NCBI GenBank assembly: GCA_964502995.1
Contig: CAZCZB010000001.1
Span: 45,854-109,853, forward strand
DNA length: 64,000 nt
Reading direction: 5' to 3'
DNA from: an uncultured Dehalococcoidia bacterium
GTDB taxonomy: Bacteria > Chloroflexota > Dehalococcoidia > Lucifugimonadales > UBA3495
Positions 16,491-23,709 of the stretch are shown in pieces. The position numbers and the translations under genes were made by a program. The notes below the pieces were generated by a model. The model was not told where the DNA came from. It worked only from the letters and a program-made list of their open reading frames with translations, and made no database searches. Position 1 is the stretch's first letter. Each line of letters opens with the position of its first letter.

Positions 16491-17756
16491 CTACCACTGG
16501 ACGTACATGGGCATTACCACGTACTTGAAGGTTTCATCGTCTGGGAGGGTCCAAAGGCCGGGGCTGCTGGGATTGTTTGCCGACAGGACCAACGGCCCCT
16601 CAACGACCTTGAGCAATTCGGACACGTACTTCGAGTTGAAGGCGATGCGGCCGAGATTTTCGTCCTCACCATCCAGTCCCATGACTTCGGCGCACTGGGC
16701 CTCCCGCTTGGCGTAGCCGACATCCTCGGTCCTGGCCGACACCCGGATGATTCCCGCCATCGCCGGCCCGTCTTCAGTGCGTTCTTCCTCGGGGATGGCC
16801 GTCTGCTCCGTCCAGAAGCGGATGATGTTGCTACCGTCCACCGCGTACACTGCGGCGCTTTCCACGGCGCCCTTCAAGACTTTGGCGTCGGTCTGCACCT
16901 GCCACGTCGGGCTGTCGGGAATCAGGGGCTCATAGTTGGGAAATTCGCTGGCGATCATCTGGGTCAGCACCAGATAGCTGCCGACCTCGAACTGGGCCTT
17001 GCTGTTGTCACGGTCGATGTTCAACCGCACCGGGTCTTCGGTGGACTTGAGCAGTTTCTCCATCGCCGTGAAGGTGCGGGCCGGAATCACCACCTGTAGC
17101 GGATCCTCCATCGGCTCGGCCTCCGGTGCAATCTCCCCCGTCTGGCAGGCCGCCTCAATCAGGTTGCCCCGCTGGCAGGCCAACCGGAAACCGTCGGCTG
17201 CGGCCAGCTCGTAACCGTTGTCGTCGAGCTTGAGGCAAATGCCAGTCAACACCGGCCTGGACTCGTCCTTCGCCGCCGCCAGTTGCACCCGCCGGATGTT
17301 CCCGGCCAGCTCGTCAGGGTCGAAGAGAACCGCCACGGGTTGGTTGAACTCCGTCTCTATCGTCGGCGGGAAGTCCGCAACAGCAACGCCGTTGAACGTG
17401 GCCTCGGTGTCGTTGACGCCAGACCGGATGGTCAGAACCAGGTTGCTGCCGCCGATGCCCGGCTCGGCTTCCTCATCGACGGGGCCGACCTCAAGGTCCA
17501 GACGGTCGGAGGCGAGGGTGCGGACGAAATCGTTCAGCATCTTGTGGCTGACGCAGATCCCGCCCTCATCTTCCACCATCGCTCCGACCCAGGTGCTGAA
17601 CCCCTTCTCAAGGTCAGTGGTATCCACCCGAAGCATTCCACGGTCGGTGGTCAGTCTCACCATCTTGCAGACGGGGATGCCATCCCCGCTGGCGGTGAAC
17701 GGCTTGGCCGCCGCCAGCGCCCTGGTGAAGTTTTCCTGTAACAACGAGACTCTCAT
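16491..17756 (-). CDS. dnaN: DNA polymerase III beta sliding clamp
   Basis: 421 aa. The start (LLQENFTRALAAAKPF...VRLTTDRGMLRVDTTDLE), the three-domain length and the ending ...FKYVVMPMYV fit DnaN. Confidence 0.8.
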   Translation of the reverse strand: MRVSLLQENFTRALAAAKPFTASGDGIPVCKMVRLTTDRGMLRVDTTDLEKGFSTWVGAMVEDEGGICVSHKMLNDFVRTLASDRLDLEVGPVDEEAEPGIGGSNLVLTIRSGVNDTEATFNGVAVADFPPTIETEFNQPVAVLFDPDELAGNIRRVQLAAAKDESRPVLTGICLKLDDNGYELAAADGFRLACQRGNLIEAACQTGEIAPEAEPMEDPLQVVIPARTFTAMEKLLKSTEDPVRLNIDRDNSKAQFEVGSYLVLTQMIASEFPNYEPLIPDSPTWQVQTDAKVLKGAVESAAVYAVDGSNIIRFWTEQTAIPEEERTEDGPAMAGIIRVSARTEDVGYAKREAQCAEVMGLDGEDENLGRIAFNSKYVSELLKVVEGPLVLSANNPSSPGLWTLPDDETFKYVVMPMYVQW

Positions 17757-17786
17757 GGTCTTCTCCTTTGCGGGTAGTGTAGGTAT

Positions 17787-17842
17787 CCCGCGACGGCCCG
17801 GAGGCCGGGCCGTTTCGCCGTCGCTACGGCTCGTCAGGCGAG
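17787..17842 (-). ncRNA. hammerhead ribozyme, type I (copy c)
   Basis: CUCGC CUGACGA GCCGU-AGCG-ACGGC GAA A-CGGCCCGG-CCU-CCGGGCCG-U C^GCGGG. Predicted cleavage between 17792 and 17791. Leader and SD feed dnaN. Confidence 0.85.
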
Positions 17843-17850
17843 CTGGGCGT

Positions 17851-18102
17851 CTAGTTCTCGGTCGTCTTCAAGGTGCCGTCGGCGTTGAGTTCCTCGGCAA
17901 AAACGTGGCCAGCGCTGAAAGACTCCCAAGTCCGTGGAACTGTCATCGGGGGAAGTGGCACGTCGTTATGCAGGGTTGCGGGGCAGTAGCGGCAGATCAT
18001 GTCAATGGGGTCGCCGTTGCGGTCGCGGGGAGAATCGGGCGCGGCGGTGAAGGAATGCCGACCCCTTTCCTCAAAGTATTCGCAGATGATGGTGGCGTCC
18101 AT
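17851..18102 (-). CDS. small hypothetical protein (83 aa)
   Basis: Start at ATG 18102 (MDATIICEYFEERG; RBS GGCAAGGAG). The UAG stop lies just before hammerhead c. Confidence 0.55.
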   Translation of the reverse strand: MDATIICEYFEERGRHSFTAAPDSPRDRNGDPIDMICRYCPATLHNDVPLPPMTVPRTWESFSAGHVFAEELNADGTLKTTEN

Positions 18103-18144
18103 GTTCCTACTCCTTGCCTTGTGAACTAGCGTTCTGATACGATA

Positions 18145-18172
18145 ACGATAGCAGGCCGACCGGTGGTGTAAA
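18145..18172 (-). promoter_or_regulatory. candidate promoter TTTACA-N16-TATCGT (copy of 10135-10162)
   Basis: Region 18111-18180 is ~97% identical to 10101-10170 (2 mismatches by eye). Confidence 0.4.
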
Positions 18173-18226
18173 GGGGTTTGGCGGGGAGTTGCGGAAATTC
18201 CTGAAAATGCGAACCTTGGCAATAAG

Positions 18227-18397
18227 TCACGGACATTGCAGCCGGTTAACGGGCAGGCGTGGATCGTAGGGGCGACGGCATTGGCAACACATCAGGGAGC
18301 CGTCGGGCATTCGGTAACAGGCCAGGCCGTTCCAAGGGTGATTGGCGCGACAGGCGCACAGCAGGGCAATGCTGGCGGTCTCGTCGGTGATCGTCAT
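18227..18397 (-). CDS. small Cys-rich protein (56 aa)
   Basis: Below the track cutoff. My translation: MTITDETASIALLCACRANHPWNGLACYRMPDGSLMCCQCRRPYDPRLPVNRLQCP*. RBS UAGGAGAG before ATG 18397. Confidence 0.4.
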   Translation of the reverse strand: MTITDETASIALLCACRANHPWNGLACYRMPDGSLMCCQCRRPYDPRLPVNRLQCP

Positions 18398-18432
18398 CTG
18401 CGTGCTCTCCTAAATCGGTAGGTCGGAATCCA

Positions 18433-18840
18433 TTAGGCGTCGGCGCAACCGAAGCCCGTGCAGCGTGAGGCCATGCGGTCAAAGACATTAGGTTCGCCGC
18501 GCTGGTGGCACCCGACCTCGACCTCGTACATTGACCCTCCCCAGTTTTTGTCCAGAGGGACATGGGTGAGGTAATGGCCCCTCGCGCACAGGTACACAAT
18601 GTGCTTTTTGTAGTGCCGCGCGATTGCCCTGGCTGGACCCACGGGCCGGATTTGAGCGTCCTTGTTCGCGCAATCGGCGTTGACCTGCCCATCGTCGCGG
18701 TTACCGCAGTCGTCGCACAGGGGCAGCCTGCAACGCGGGCAAAACTTGTGGCCGTCCATGACCCAATTCCACACGCTGGCGGGAGCCGGGTCAATTGGAC
18801 GGGTACAGTGTGAGCATTGGTGCATCGCTGCTGTAGTCAT
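18433..18840 (-). CDS. Cys-rich hypothetical protein
   Basis: 135 aa with several CxxC pairs (CSHC, CPRC, CDDC). Confidence 0.55.
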   Translation of the reverse strand: MTTAAMHQCSHCTRPIDPAPASVWNWVMDGHKFCPRCRLPLCDDCGNRDDGQVNADCANKDAQIRPVGPARAIARHYKKHIVYLCARGHYLTHVPLDKNWGGSMYEVEVGCHQRGEPNVFDRMASRCTGFGCADA

Positions 18841-18852
18841 GGGTTTCCTGGT

Positions 18853-19209
18853 CTAGCCAGCGCGTTCGGTCGTGTGGCAGATGGTGCACTCGCGGATACT
18901 GTCGCGCCCTACCACGCCATAAACCCAATCGTGGCTGGCGGGGACGCACTGGTCTTCGTGGAATAGCGTACCGCCGCCGTCCTCCCTGTTCTCATCCGAG
19001 TGCCGCTGGCACAGGCTGTCCAGCCCCACCGACCGGAACGAGCAAACCTCGCCCTGCCGGGTTGCGGCGCAACACTGGTCCGCCCACTTGCCCGCGTACT
19101 CCACGAAAATCGGGATGACATAGCAGACCCGGTAGCTGAACGGCTCCCCCTTGTAGCCATTGGCCGTCAATTCGATTGTGACGGGTTCTTTGCTGATCGT
19201 GATAATCAT
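18853..19209 (-). CDS. hypothetical protein (118 aa)
   Basis: Start at ATG 19209 (MIITISKEPV), behind the hammerhead-d leader GCAAGGAGAGAACC. Confidence 0.55.
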   Translation of the reverse strand: MIITISKEPVTIELTANGYKGEPFSYRVCYVIPIFVEYAGKWADQCCAATRQGEVCSFRSVGLDSLCQRHSDENREDGGGTLFHEDQCVPASHDWVYGVVGRDSIRECTICHTTERAG

Positions 19210-19239
19210 GGTTCTCTCCTTGCGGGTTGGTGTAGGGAT

Positions 19240-19298
19240 CCCGCGACCCGCCGGTCCTGACCGGCAGGTTTCGCTGTCGATACAGCTCATCAGGCGGA
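19240..19298 (-). ncRNA. hammerhead ribozyme, type I (copy d)
   Basis: UCCGC CUGAUGA GCUGU-AUCG-ACAGC GAA A-CCUGCCGG-UCAGGA-CCGGCGGG-U C^GCGGG. Stem II is compensatory relative to copies a-c. Predicted cleavage between 19245 and 19244. Confidence 0.85.
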
Positions 19299-19391
19299 CT
19301 GAATTTGGATCGCTCCGTCCCGTATCTGCTCCTGAATGACGGACTTGGTGCGCTCGAAGTCGTCCTGGGCCGCTTCCAACGAGTCGTGAGA

Positions 19392-19583
19392 CTAGCAGTA
19401 GAAGCCCGGGTTGCCGCGGACCTGAACGGTCAATATGAACACCTCCCGGGACGGCGTAACGCCCTGGAAAATGAGGCCCATCGCGGTGCCGGGCTCAAGG
19501 TCGGCGGTGGACGAATGTGTCTCCCAGGTGGCGACGATGCCGTCGTTGGGATGTCCGTAACGTCTCCAAGTGGTCTCGCTCAT
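19392..19583 (-). CDS. small hypothetical protein (63 aa) ending at an in-frame UAG
   Basis: Track ORF. After UAG (19394..19392) the same frame stays open for 33 codons to the UGA inside hammerhead d (see findings). Confidence 0.5.
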   Translation of the reverse strand: MSETTWRRYGHPNDGIVATWETHSSTADLEPGTAMGLIFQGVTPSREVFILTVQVRGNPGFYC

Positions 19584-19595
19584 GCTGGTCCTCCG

Positions 19596-20258
19596 TCAGA
19601 ACTCCGCGTGTTCGTTGCCCTGGGCGTCGACGTAGGTCGGGAACTCCGGCAGCTCGCCTCGGGCTTCCTCAGCCCTGAAGGCTGCCAGCGCCTTGTCAGC
19701 AACTTCCCGGATTACCGGGTACTTTTCGAGCAACTTCTTCGTCCCGTTTGCACTCTCGTTCCACCAGATCCCGACCTCGGGATGGTTGTCGTAGAACATG
19801 CAGACAGCGGACAGCAATTCCTGCATCATCGGAACCGTCATGACGTCCATTTCTACCGAGTCGCCGTCAGCGGGGTGCAAATCCTCGTACCTCTCTTCGA
19901 CGGTTTGGATCGCCGCGACGAAGATCCGTGCCAGGTCCGTCCCGAGGATGGCCTGGGACTGGTCGTTCCATTGCAGCAGGGTCGGCCGGCGATCAGCCAT
20001 GGCCAACGTCTCGAATTCGGCCTCAGTGACTTCGACGAGCACCTGGTAACGCCTTTCACCGTCCGGCACAGAAACCCAAAGGGATGCTGCGCGGGGAACC
20101 GTAACGGACCGGTCGAGGACGGTATGCTCGCCTCCCGTGCCGATAGTCCAGTCTTCCCAGACATCCTGGGGCACACGGCGCAGTTCAACTTCGTCCAGGC
20201 TATCGACCGCGGCAAAGTCGCCGGTCGGCAACACCGCTATCAACTGATACTGACCCAT
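19596..20258 (-). CDS. hypothetical protein with C-terminal ELPEFPTYV..GNEHAEF tail
   Basis: 220 aa. SD AAGGAGAGAAUA from the hammerhead-e leader. Confidence 0.65.
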   Translation of the reverse strand: MGQYQLIAVLPTGDFAAVDSLDEVELRRVPQDVWEDWTIGTGGEHTVLDRSVTVPRAASLWVSVPDGERRYQVLVEVTEAEFETLAMADRRPTLLQWNDQSQAILGTDLARIFVAAIQTVEERYEDLHPADGDSVEMDVMTVPMMQELLSAVCMFYDNHPEVGIWWNESANGTKKLLEKYPVIREVADKALAAFRAEEARGELPEFPTYVDAQGNEHAEF

Positions 20259-20298
20259 TATTCTCTCCTTGCTGCGGGCAGGTGATTTTGTAGGCTAT

Positions 20299-20357
20299 CC
20301 CGCGATCCGCCTGACGGCGGATTTCGGCCCGGCGCCACCGGGCCATCGTCAGGCAGG
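20299..20357 (-). ncRNA. hammerhead ribozyme, type I (copy e; extra U after A9)
   Basis: CCUGC CUGACGA U GGCCCGG-UGGCG-CCGGGCC GAA A-UCCGCC-GUCA-GGCGGA-U C^GCGGG. Predicted cleavage between 20304 and 20303. Confidence 0.75.
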
Positions 20358-20795
20358 GTCATCAACCAGCGAATACCGAGGTTCGCGCCAGGTGTCGTCA
20401 TCATCGTCGTTCCGGGTTGACCATGGGCAGCGGCGGGGGGCGCACGGGACAGCGCGTTCGCCTTCCGGCCCATCGCGTCCATCGCCGTCTTCGCGCATCC
20501 TCAAATGGTCGTTGCCGCAGGCGTGCCAGACCGTTTCTTCACACTGGGGCGTCCCGTCGGTGTACCAGCGTTTGATACAACTAACGCCGTTCCTCATGGC
20601 GGGGGCGAAAGCGATGTTGAGGTCTTCCACACGGACGGACGCGGACGGCTGGCTTGGGGCACGGGAGCATTGGCGGCAGCGGTCGCAGGCCAGACAGACG
20701 TGCAAGAACCCACCGCAGGCTTTACAGGGACGCTTCCACGGTTCGAAGCGATGACCTTCGGGGCGGATGCAAGGGAGAAATGGACGCTTGTTCAT
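20349..20795 (-). CDS. Cys-rich hypothetical protein
   Basis: 148 aa ending ...LVDDPA, with its UGA in the hammerhead-e core. RBS AAGGAGG before ATG 20795. Confidence 0.6.
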   Translation of the reverse strand: MNKRPFLPCIRPEGHRFEPWKRPCKACGGFLHVCLACDRCRQCSRAPSQPSASVRVEDLNIAFAPAMRNGVSCIKRWYTDGTPQCEETVWHACGNDHLRMREDGDGRDGPEGERAVPCAPRRCPWSTRNDDDDDTWREPRYSLVDDPA

Positions 20796-20859
20796 GGCGG
20801 AACCTCCTTATTCGCGGTTGGTTGGCTTCTCTGCCGGGACAAGACGCCCCGATTCGTGG

Positions 20860-21150
20860 TCAGGCGGGCTGGCTGCAATTTTGGGTGTTGAACCCGTGTG
20901 CCTGTAACGTCGGCGGAATGATCGGGCCGATGTCGCCAAACAGCGTATGGGTATCATCAATCGGCGGCGCGTCGGGAAGATCGCATACCTCGCCATTGTC
21001 CTCACACCAGGTGCAGTAGTAACGCTCCCAATCCCGGTACTCGGACGGGCCGAATTGCAGCCGTTCAGCGTGTCCACAGACAGGACACTGCAGCAGTTTC
21101 AGCCCGCAGATGGTTTCGATCACGGCTGGCGTTGTGGGGATGGTCGTCAT
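20860..21150 (-). CDS. small zinc-ribbon protein (96 aa)
   Basis: Start at ATG 21150 (MTTIPTTPAV; RBS GAAGGAG). Has CPVC and CTWC. The C-terminus AHGFNTQNCSQPA parallels the 4520..4738 product. Confidence 0.55.
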   Translation of the reverse strand: MTTIPTTPAVIETICGLKLLQCPVCGHAERLQFGPSEYRDWERYYCTWCEDNGEVCDLPDAPPIDDTHTLFGDIGPIIPPTLQAHGFNTQNCSQPA

Positions 21151-21212
21151 GGGTTCGACTCCTTCTTGTATGTGTTGGACAGTATTTTCGGCGCCTTTTA
21201 TCGCAAGTCGGA

Positions 21213-21530
21213 CTAGCGGCCCTTGCGCAATCGCCCCGACAGTCCCGCCCGTTTCAAGGCCGCATTGACCCTTCGGCGGTTGAGGGAGAACATCTGGCGG
21301 GAGTTGCCGAACGTCCAGTCCACGGCATCGCCCATTTCCACGAAGAAATTGTGGGCCTTCCTGCCACAGTCCGCGCAGATTGGTCCGCCCTCGCCGTCGC
21401 AATGCACGGCCAGCTGATAGGCATAGTCTCCGGTCAGAATCTCGGCCGGGTGCCGGGCTTCTCCGCAGGTGTTGCAAGTCGCGGACGAATCCACTTTGCG
21501 CAAGCCTTCCAGAATTTCGGCAACGGTCAT
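21213..21530 (-). CDS. small Cys-containing hypothetical protein
   Basis: 105 aa, directly behind the hammerhead-f leader. Confidence 0.55.
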   Translation of the reverse strand: MTVAEILEGLRKVDSSATCNTCGEARHPAEILTGDYAYQLAVHCDGEGGPICADCGRKAHNFFVEMGDAVDWTFGNSRQMFSLNRRRVNAALKRAGLSGRLRKGR

Positions 21531-21563
21531 GCTGTCTCTCCCAGCGGGTAGTGAGTTTGGCTT

Positions 21564-21624
21564 CCCGCGATCCCCTGGGCCGGGGATTTCGGGCCGGGAG
21601 CCACCCGGCCCATCGTCAGGCAGG
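21564..21624 (-). ncRNA. hammerhead ribozyme, type I (copy f; extra U after A9)
   Basis: CCUGC CUGACGA U GGGCCGGG-UGGCU-CCCGGCCC GAA A-UCCCC-GGCCCA-GGGGA-U C^GCGGG. Predicted cleavage between 21569 and 21568. Confidence 0.75.
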
Positions 21625-21900
21625 CTGGCAGTCCAGTTTCACGTAGTATCCGAACCGGGATGTGCGCCGCAGCGTCTTCAACTGGTAGCGGACTTCCCGC
21701 TCGGTCTTCACCCAGCTGGAGCCGGACTCTAGCCAGGCTTGGGCATCGTCTCGGTCGATGAACCCGATGGCCAGGCGTAGCCAGCCCCTGCCGTCGTCTA
21801 TCACGATGCTGTACCCGCCCCGATCCGGCACTATGCGGAAAGGGCAGCCGAGCGCGACGGGCGTGTCCAGTGATCGTCGGATGATGTCAGTGTCAGTCAT
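21616..21900 (-). CDS. small hypothetical protein
   Basis: 94 aa ending ...KLDCQPA, with its UGA in the hammerhead-f core. Confidence 0.55.
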   Translation of the reverse strand: MTDTDIIRRSLDTPVALGCPFRIVPDRGGYSIVIDDGRGWLRLAIGFIDRDDAQAWLESGSSWVKTEREVRYQLKTLRRTSRFGYYVKLDCQPA

Positions 21901-21941
21901 TGCGTTGCTCCTGGGGGGTCGTCAGAGCTGGCTCATATGCG

Positions 21942-22142
21942 TCAATCGTTGCTGCGGGTATGCCCGCATTCGGTACATACCCGCACCACTCTGCTGGGGA
22001 ACCGGGAGGGCGATACCGCTACCGTTGGCCCGTTGCATTCGCGCCCAAACTCGGTCGAACCGACCCAGGCTCTGCAACCGTTAGGCTGTATCGCTACCCG
22101 TTTCTGCGCGTTCTCGGGGACGCCGGAGTAAATCGTGACCAT
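21942..22142 (-). CDS. small hypothetical protein (66 aa)
   Basis: Start at ATG 22142 (MVTIYSGVPEN; RBS GAGAGGAG). Confidence 0.45.
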   Translation of the reverse strand: MVTIYSGVPENAQKRVAIQPNGCRAWVGSTEFGRECNGPTVAVSPSRFPSRVVRVCTECGHTRSND

Positions 22143-22199
22143 TGCGTCAACTCCTCTCGTTGCTCCTGTGGGGGCGTCGTTTCTGTGCAAGCAGGCGGG

Positions 22200-22409
22200 C
22201 TAGTAACCACTGGCCTGACGCAGCATCTCTTTGGTCTCCCTGGCATCGGGCCTGCCAAGCCTGTCCCACTCGGTGATCTCACGGATCAGGTCCTCCGGCC
22301 ACCACGTGCGTTCTGCGATCTTGGGCGGCACGTTGCCCCCGTTTCGCATGATGGCGCGGATGTCCTCCCGTAGTTCGCTGGCGGTGTAGGTGGTCTCTGT
22401 GCTGGTCAT
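22200..22409 (-). CDS. small hypothetical protein
   Basis: 69 aa. RBS GAAGGAGGAA before ATG 22409. First gene after the promoter at 22467-22495. Confidence 0.55.
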   Translation of the reverse strand: MTSTETTYTASELREDIRAIMRNGGNVPPKIAERTWWPEDLIREITEWDRLGRPDARETKEMLRQASGY

Positions 22410-22466
22410 TTCGGGTTCCTCCTTCGTGTGACACCGGGCTTTCGTGGCAACCTTTCTTATACCGAT

Positions 22467-22495
22467 ATTCTAGCAAATCTAGGAGTAAAAGTAAA
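22467..22495 (-). promoter_or_regulatory. candidate promoter TTTACT-N17-TAGAAT (TGC extended -10)
   Basis: Minus strand: CCCTTTACTTTTACTCCTAGATTTGCTAGAATATCGG. Best sigma70-like match among the repeated modules. Confidence 0.5.
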
Positions 22496-22644
22496 GGGAT
22501 TTAGCCGCGAGATTTCGGAATTGCCGAAGATGCGAACCGTGGCAATATCGCGGTCGGCATCTAGGCCGGACGCCGGCACCCATGGACCGCGCCGAAGGGA
22601 CTTTCAAAAAAAGGCCGGTCAAGATAGGTAGGAAGCGAGCTATC

Positions 22645-22666
22645 AAAAAAGGCTGCGTGTGCAGCC
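22645..22666 (-). terminator. rho-independent terminator (minus strand)
   Basis: GGCTGC-gtgt-GCAGCC stem-loop preceded by A6 on the plus strand, which gives U6 after the hairpin on the minus strand. Downstream of the 22790..23236 gene. Confidence 0.55.
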
Positions 22667-22789
22667 TTGTGACATGGTCTTGGAGCGGCGCCGAACGGCG
22701 TTGGCGGCTCCCGAACGCCTCACACGCCAATGGCGACGGTTAGACGTTTCCGATGCAGGCGGTCAGGGCATGACTATTCCGCGGCGCTG

Positions 22790-23236
22790 CTACTGACCGG
22801 CCTCGCCCAGCCTATGCAACACCTGAACCAGGAGCGCCCGCACCTCTTCGTTTTCGATGCCGAACACTCTCCGCAGCAACGTGCTCATCACCCGTTCGGT
22901 CATTCCGCCGGCCGGCGCCAGCGCGTCAACCGTCGCCACCGCCACCGCCTGGTTCGCACTCAGCCCGTCCTCCACCAGGATGATGATGGCTTTCTCCATG
23001 GCGGAGCATTGCTGCCAGGGCTGACCCGCCCGCTGGATCGCGCCGTAGGCAGTGGTCACCGCAGATTCGACCTCACGCAGCGGAGCGTCGGGATCCCTGA
23101 CCCCTTTGTCGTAGGGCCACGCGGCCTGCCCGTGCCGGACTTCCTGCGCGTTCAGGTCTGGAGCCAGGCCGAGAATCAGCCCGACCACGCTGCACACGAT
23201 CTGCCGGTCGGACGCCTCAGGATCGGACGGCATCAC
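22790..23236 (-). CDS. hypothetical protein
   Basis: 148-aa ORF that overlaps the upstream gene by 20 nt. Confidence 0.55.
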   Translation of the reverse strand: MMPSDPEASDRQIVCSVVGLILGLAPDLNAQEVRHGQAAWPYDKGVRDPDAPLREVESAVTTAYGAIQRAGQPWQQCSAMEKAIIILVEDGLSANQAVAVATVDALAPAGGMTERVMSTLLRRVFGIENEEVRALLVQVLHRLGEAGQ

Positions 23237-23588
23237 GACTGCGCTCCATCAGGACGGCCAAGTCCTGAAGGATTTCCTGCTGTTGGGTTCGGATCGCCTG
23301 CAACTCGGCGAGGATCTGCTGCAACAGCGTCAGCATCTGCTGGTCGCGGACGGCGGCCTGTTCGCGGCTGGTCTCGCAGCTCGTGAGCTGAGTGGTGACG
23401 AAACCGGAATCCATTGGGCAGGCGCGATCTACTACGGACGGGGGCGGTGCATGTACTGACTTGCCGTTCGATTCCCAAGAGGCCTTGATCGTCCGTGTGA
23501 ACCACCGCACCAGCATGGAGACACCTCCTATGATGCCTGCAATAGCAATAGCCAGGAGGAACCATTCGGGCAACACATCGAGAGCCAT
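23217..23588 (-). CDS. membrane-anchored coiled-coil protein
   Basis: 123 aa. The N-terminal LPEWFLLAIAIAGIIGGVSMLV looks like a TM helix. The C-terminus is Gln/Leu-rich. Confidence 0.55.
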   Translation of the reverse strand: MALDVLPEWFLLAIAIAGIIGGVSMLVRWFTRTIKASWESNGKSVHAPPPSVVDRACPMDSGFVTTQLTSCETSREQAAVRDQQMLTLLQQILAELQAIRTQQQEILQDLAVLMERSRDAVRS

Positions 23589-23672
23589 CTTCCATCTACC
23601 CCAGATTAACCGTTCTCAGCAAGCGGACCGGCCACACCAACCCTCACCTGTGCCCATTGGCCACGCAAACGA

Positions 23673-23709
23673 CAAAAGGCCGTTGGCCGACGGGTGTCGG
23701 CTAACGGCC
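23673..23709 (-). terminator. 14-bp hairpin, possible minus-strand terminator
   Basis: GGCCGTTGGCCGAC-gggt-GTCGGCTAACGGCC (one G-T pair). Only A4 on the plus side, which gives U4 on the minus strand. Confidence 0.35.

Noticed and set aside
19392-19394. Stop-codon reassignment (UAG or UGA read as sense) across the element.
   Set aside because: Conserved genes end cleanly on all three stops. UAG ends the PIG-L, RM, transposase, tnpB and tnpA genes. UGA ends the RarA-like and RadC-like genes. UAA ends parB. The two in-frame stops are therefore treated as local events.
21141-21165. GGGTTCGACTCC, which resembles a tRNA T-loop.
   Set aside because: No complementary T-stem, acceptor stem or anticodon arm lies around it. 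It spans the start codon and RBS of the 20860..21150 gene.
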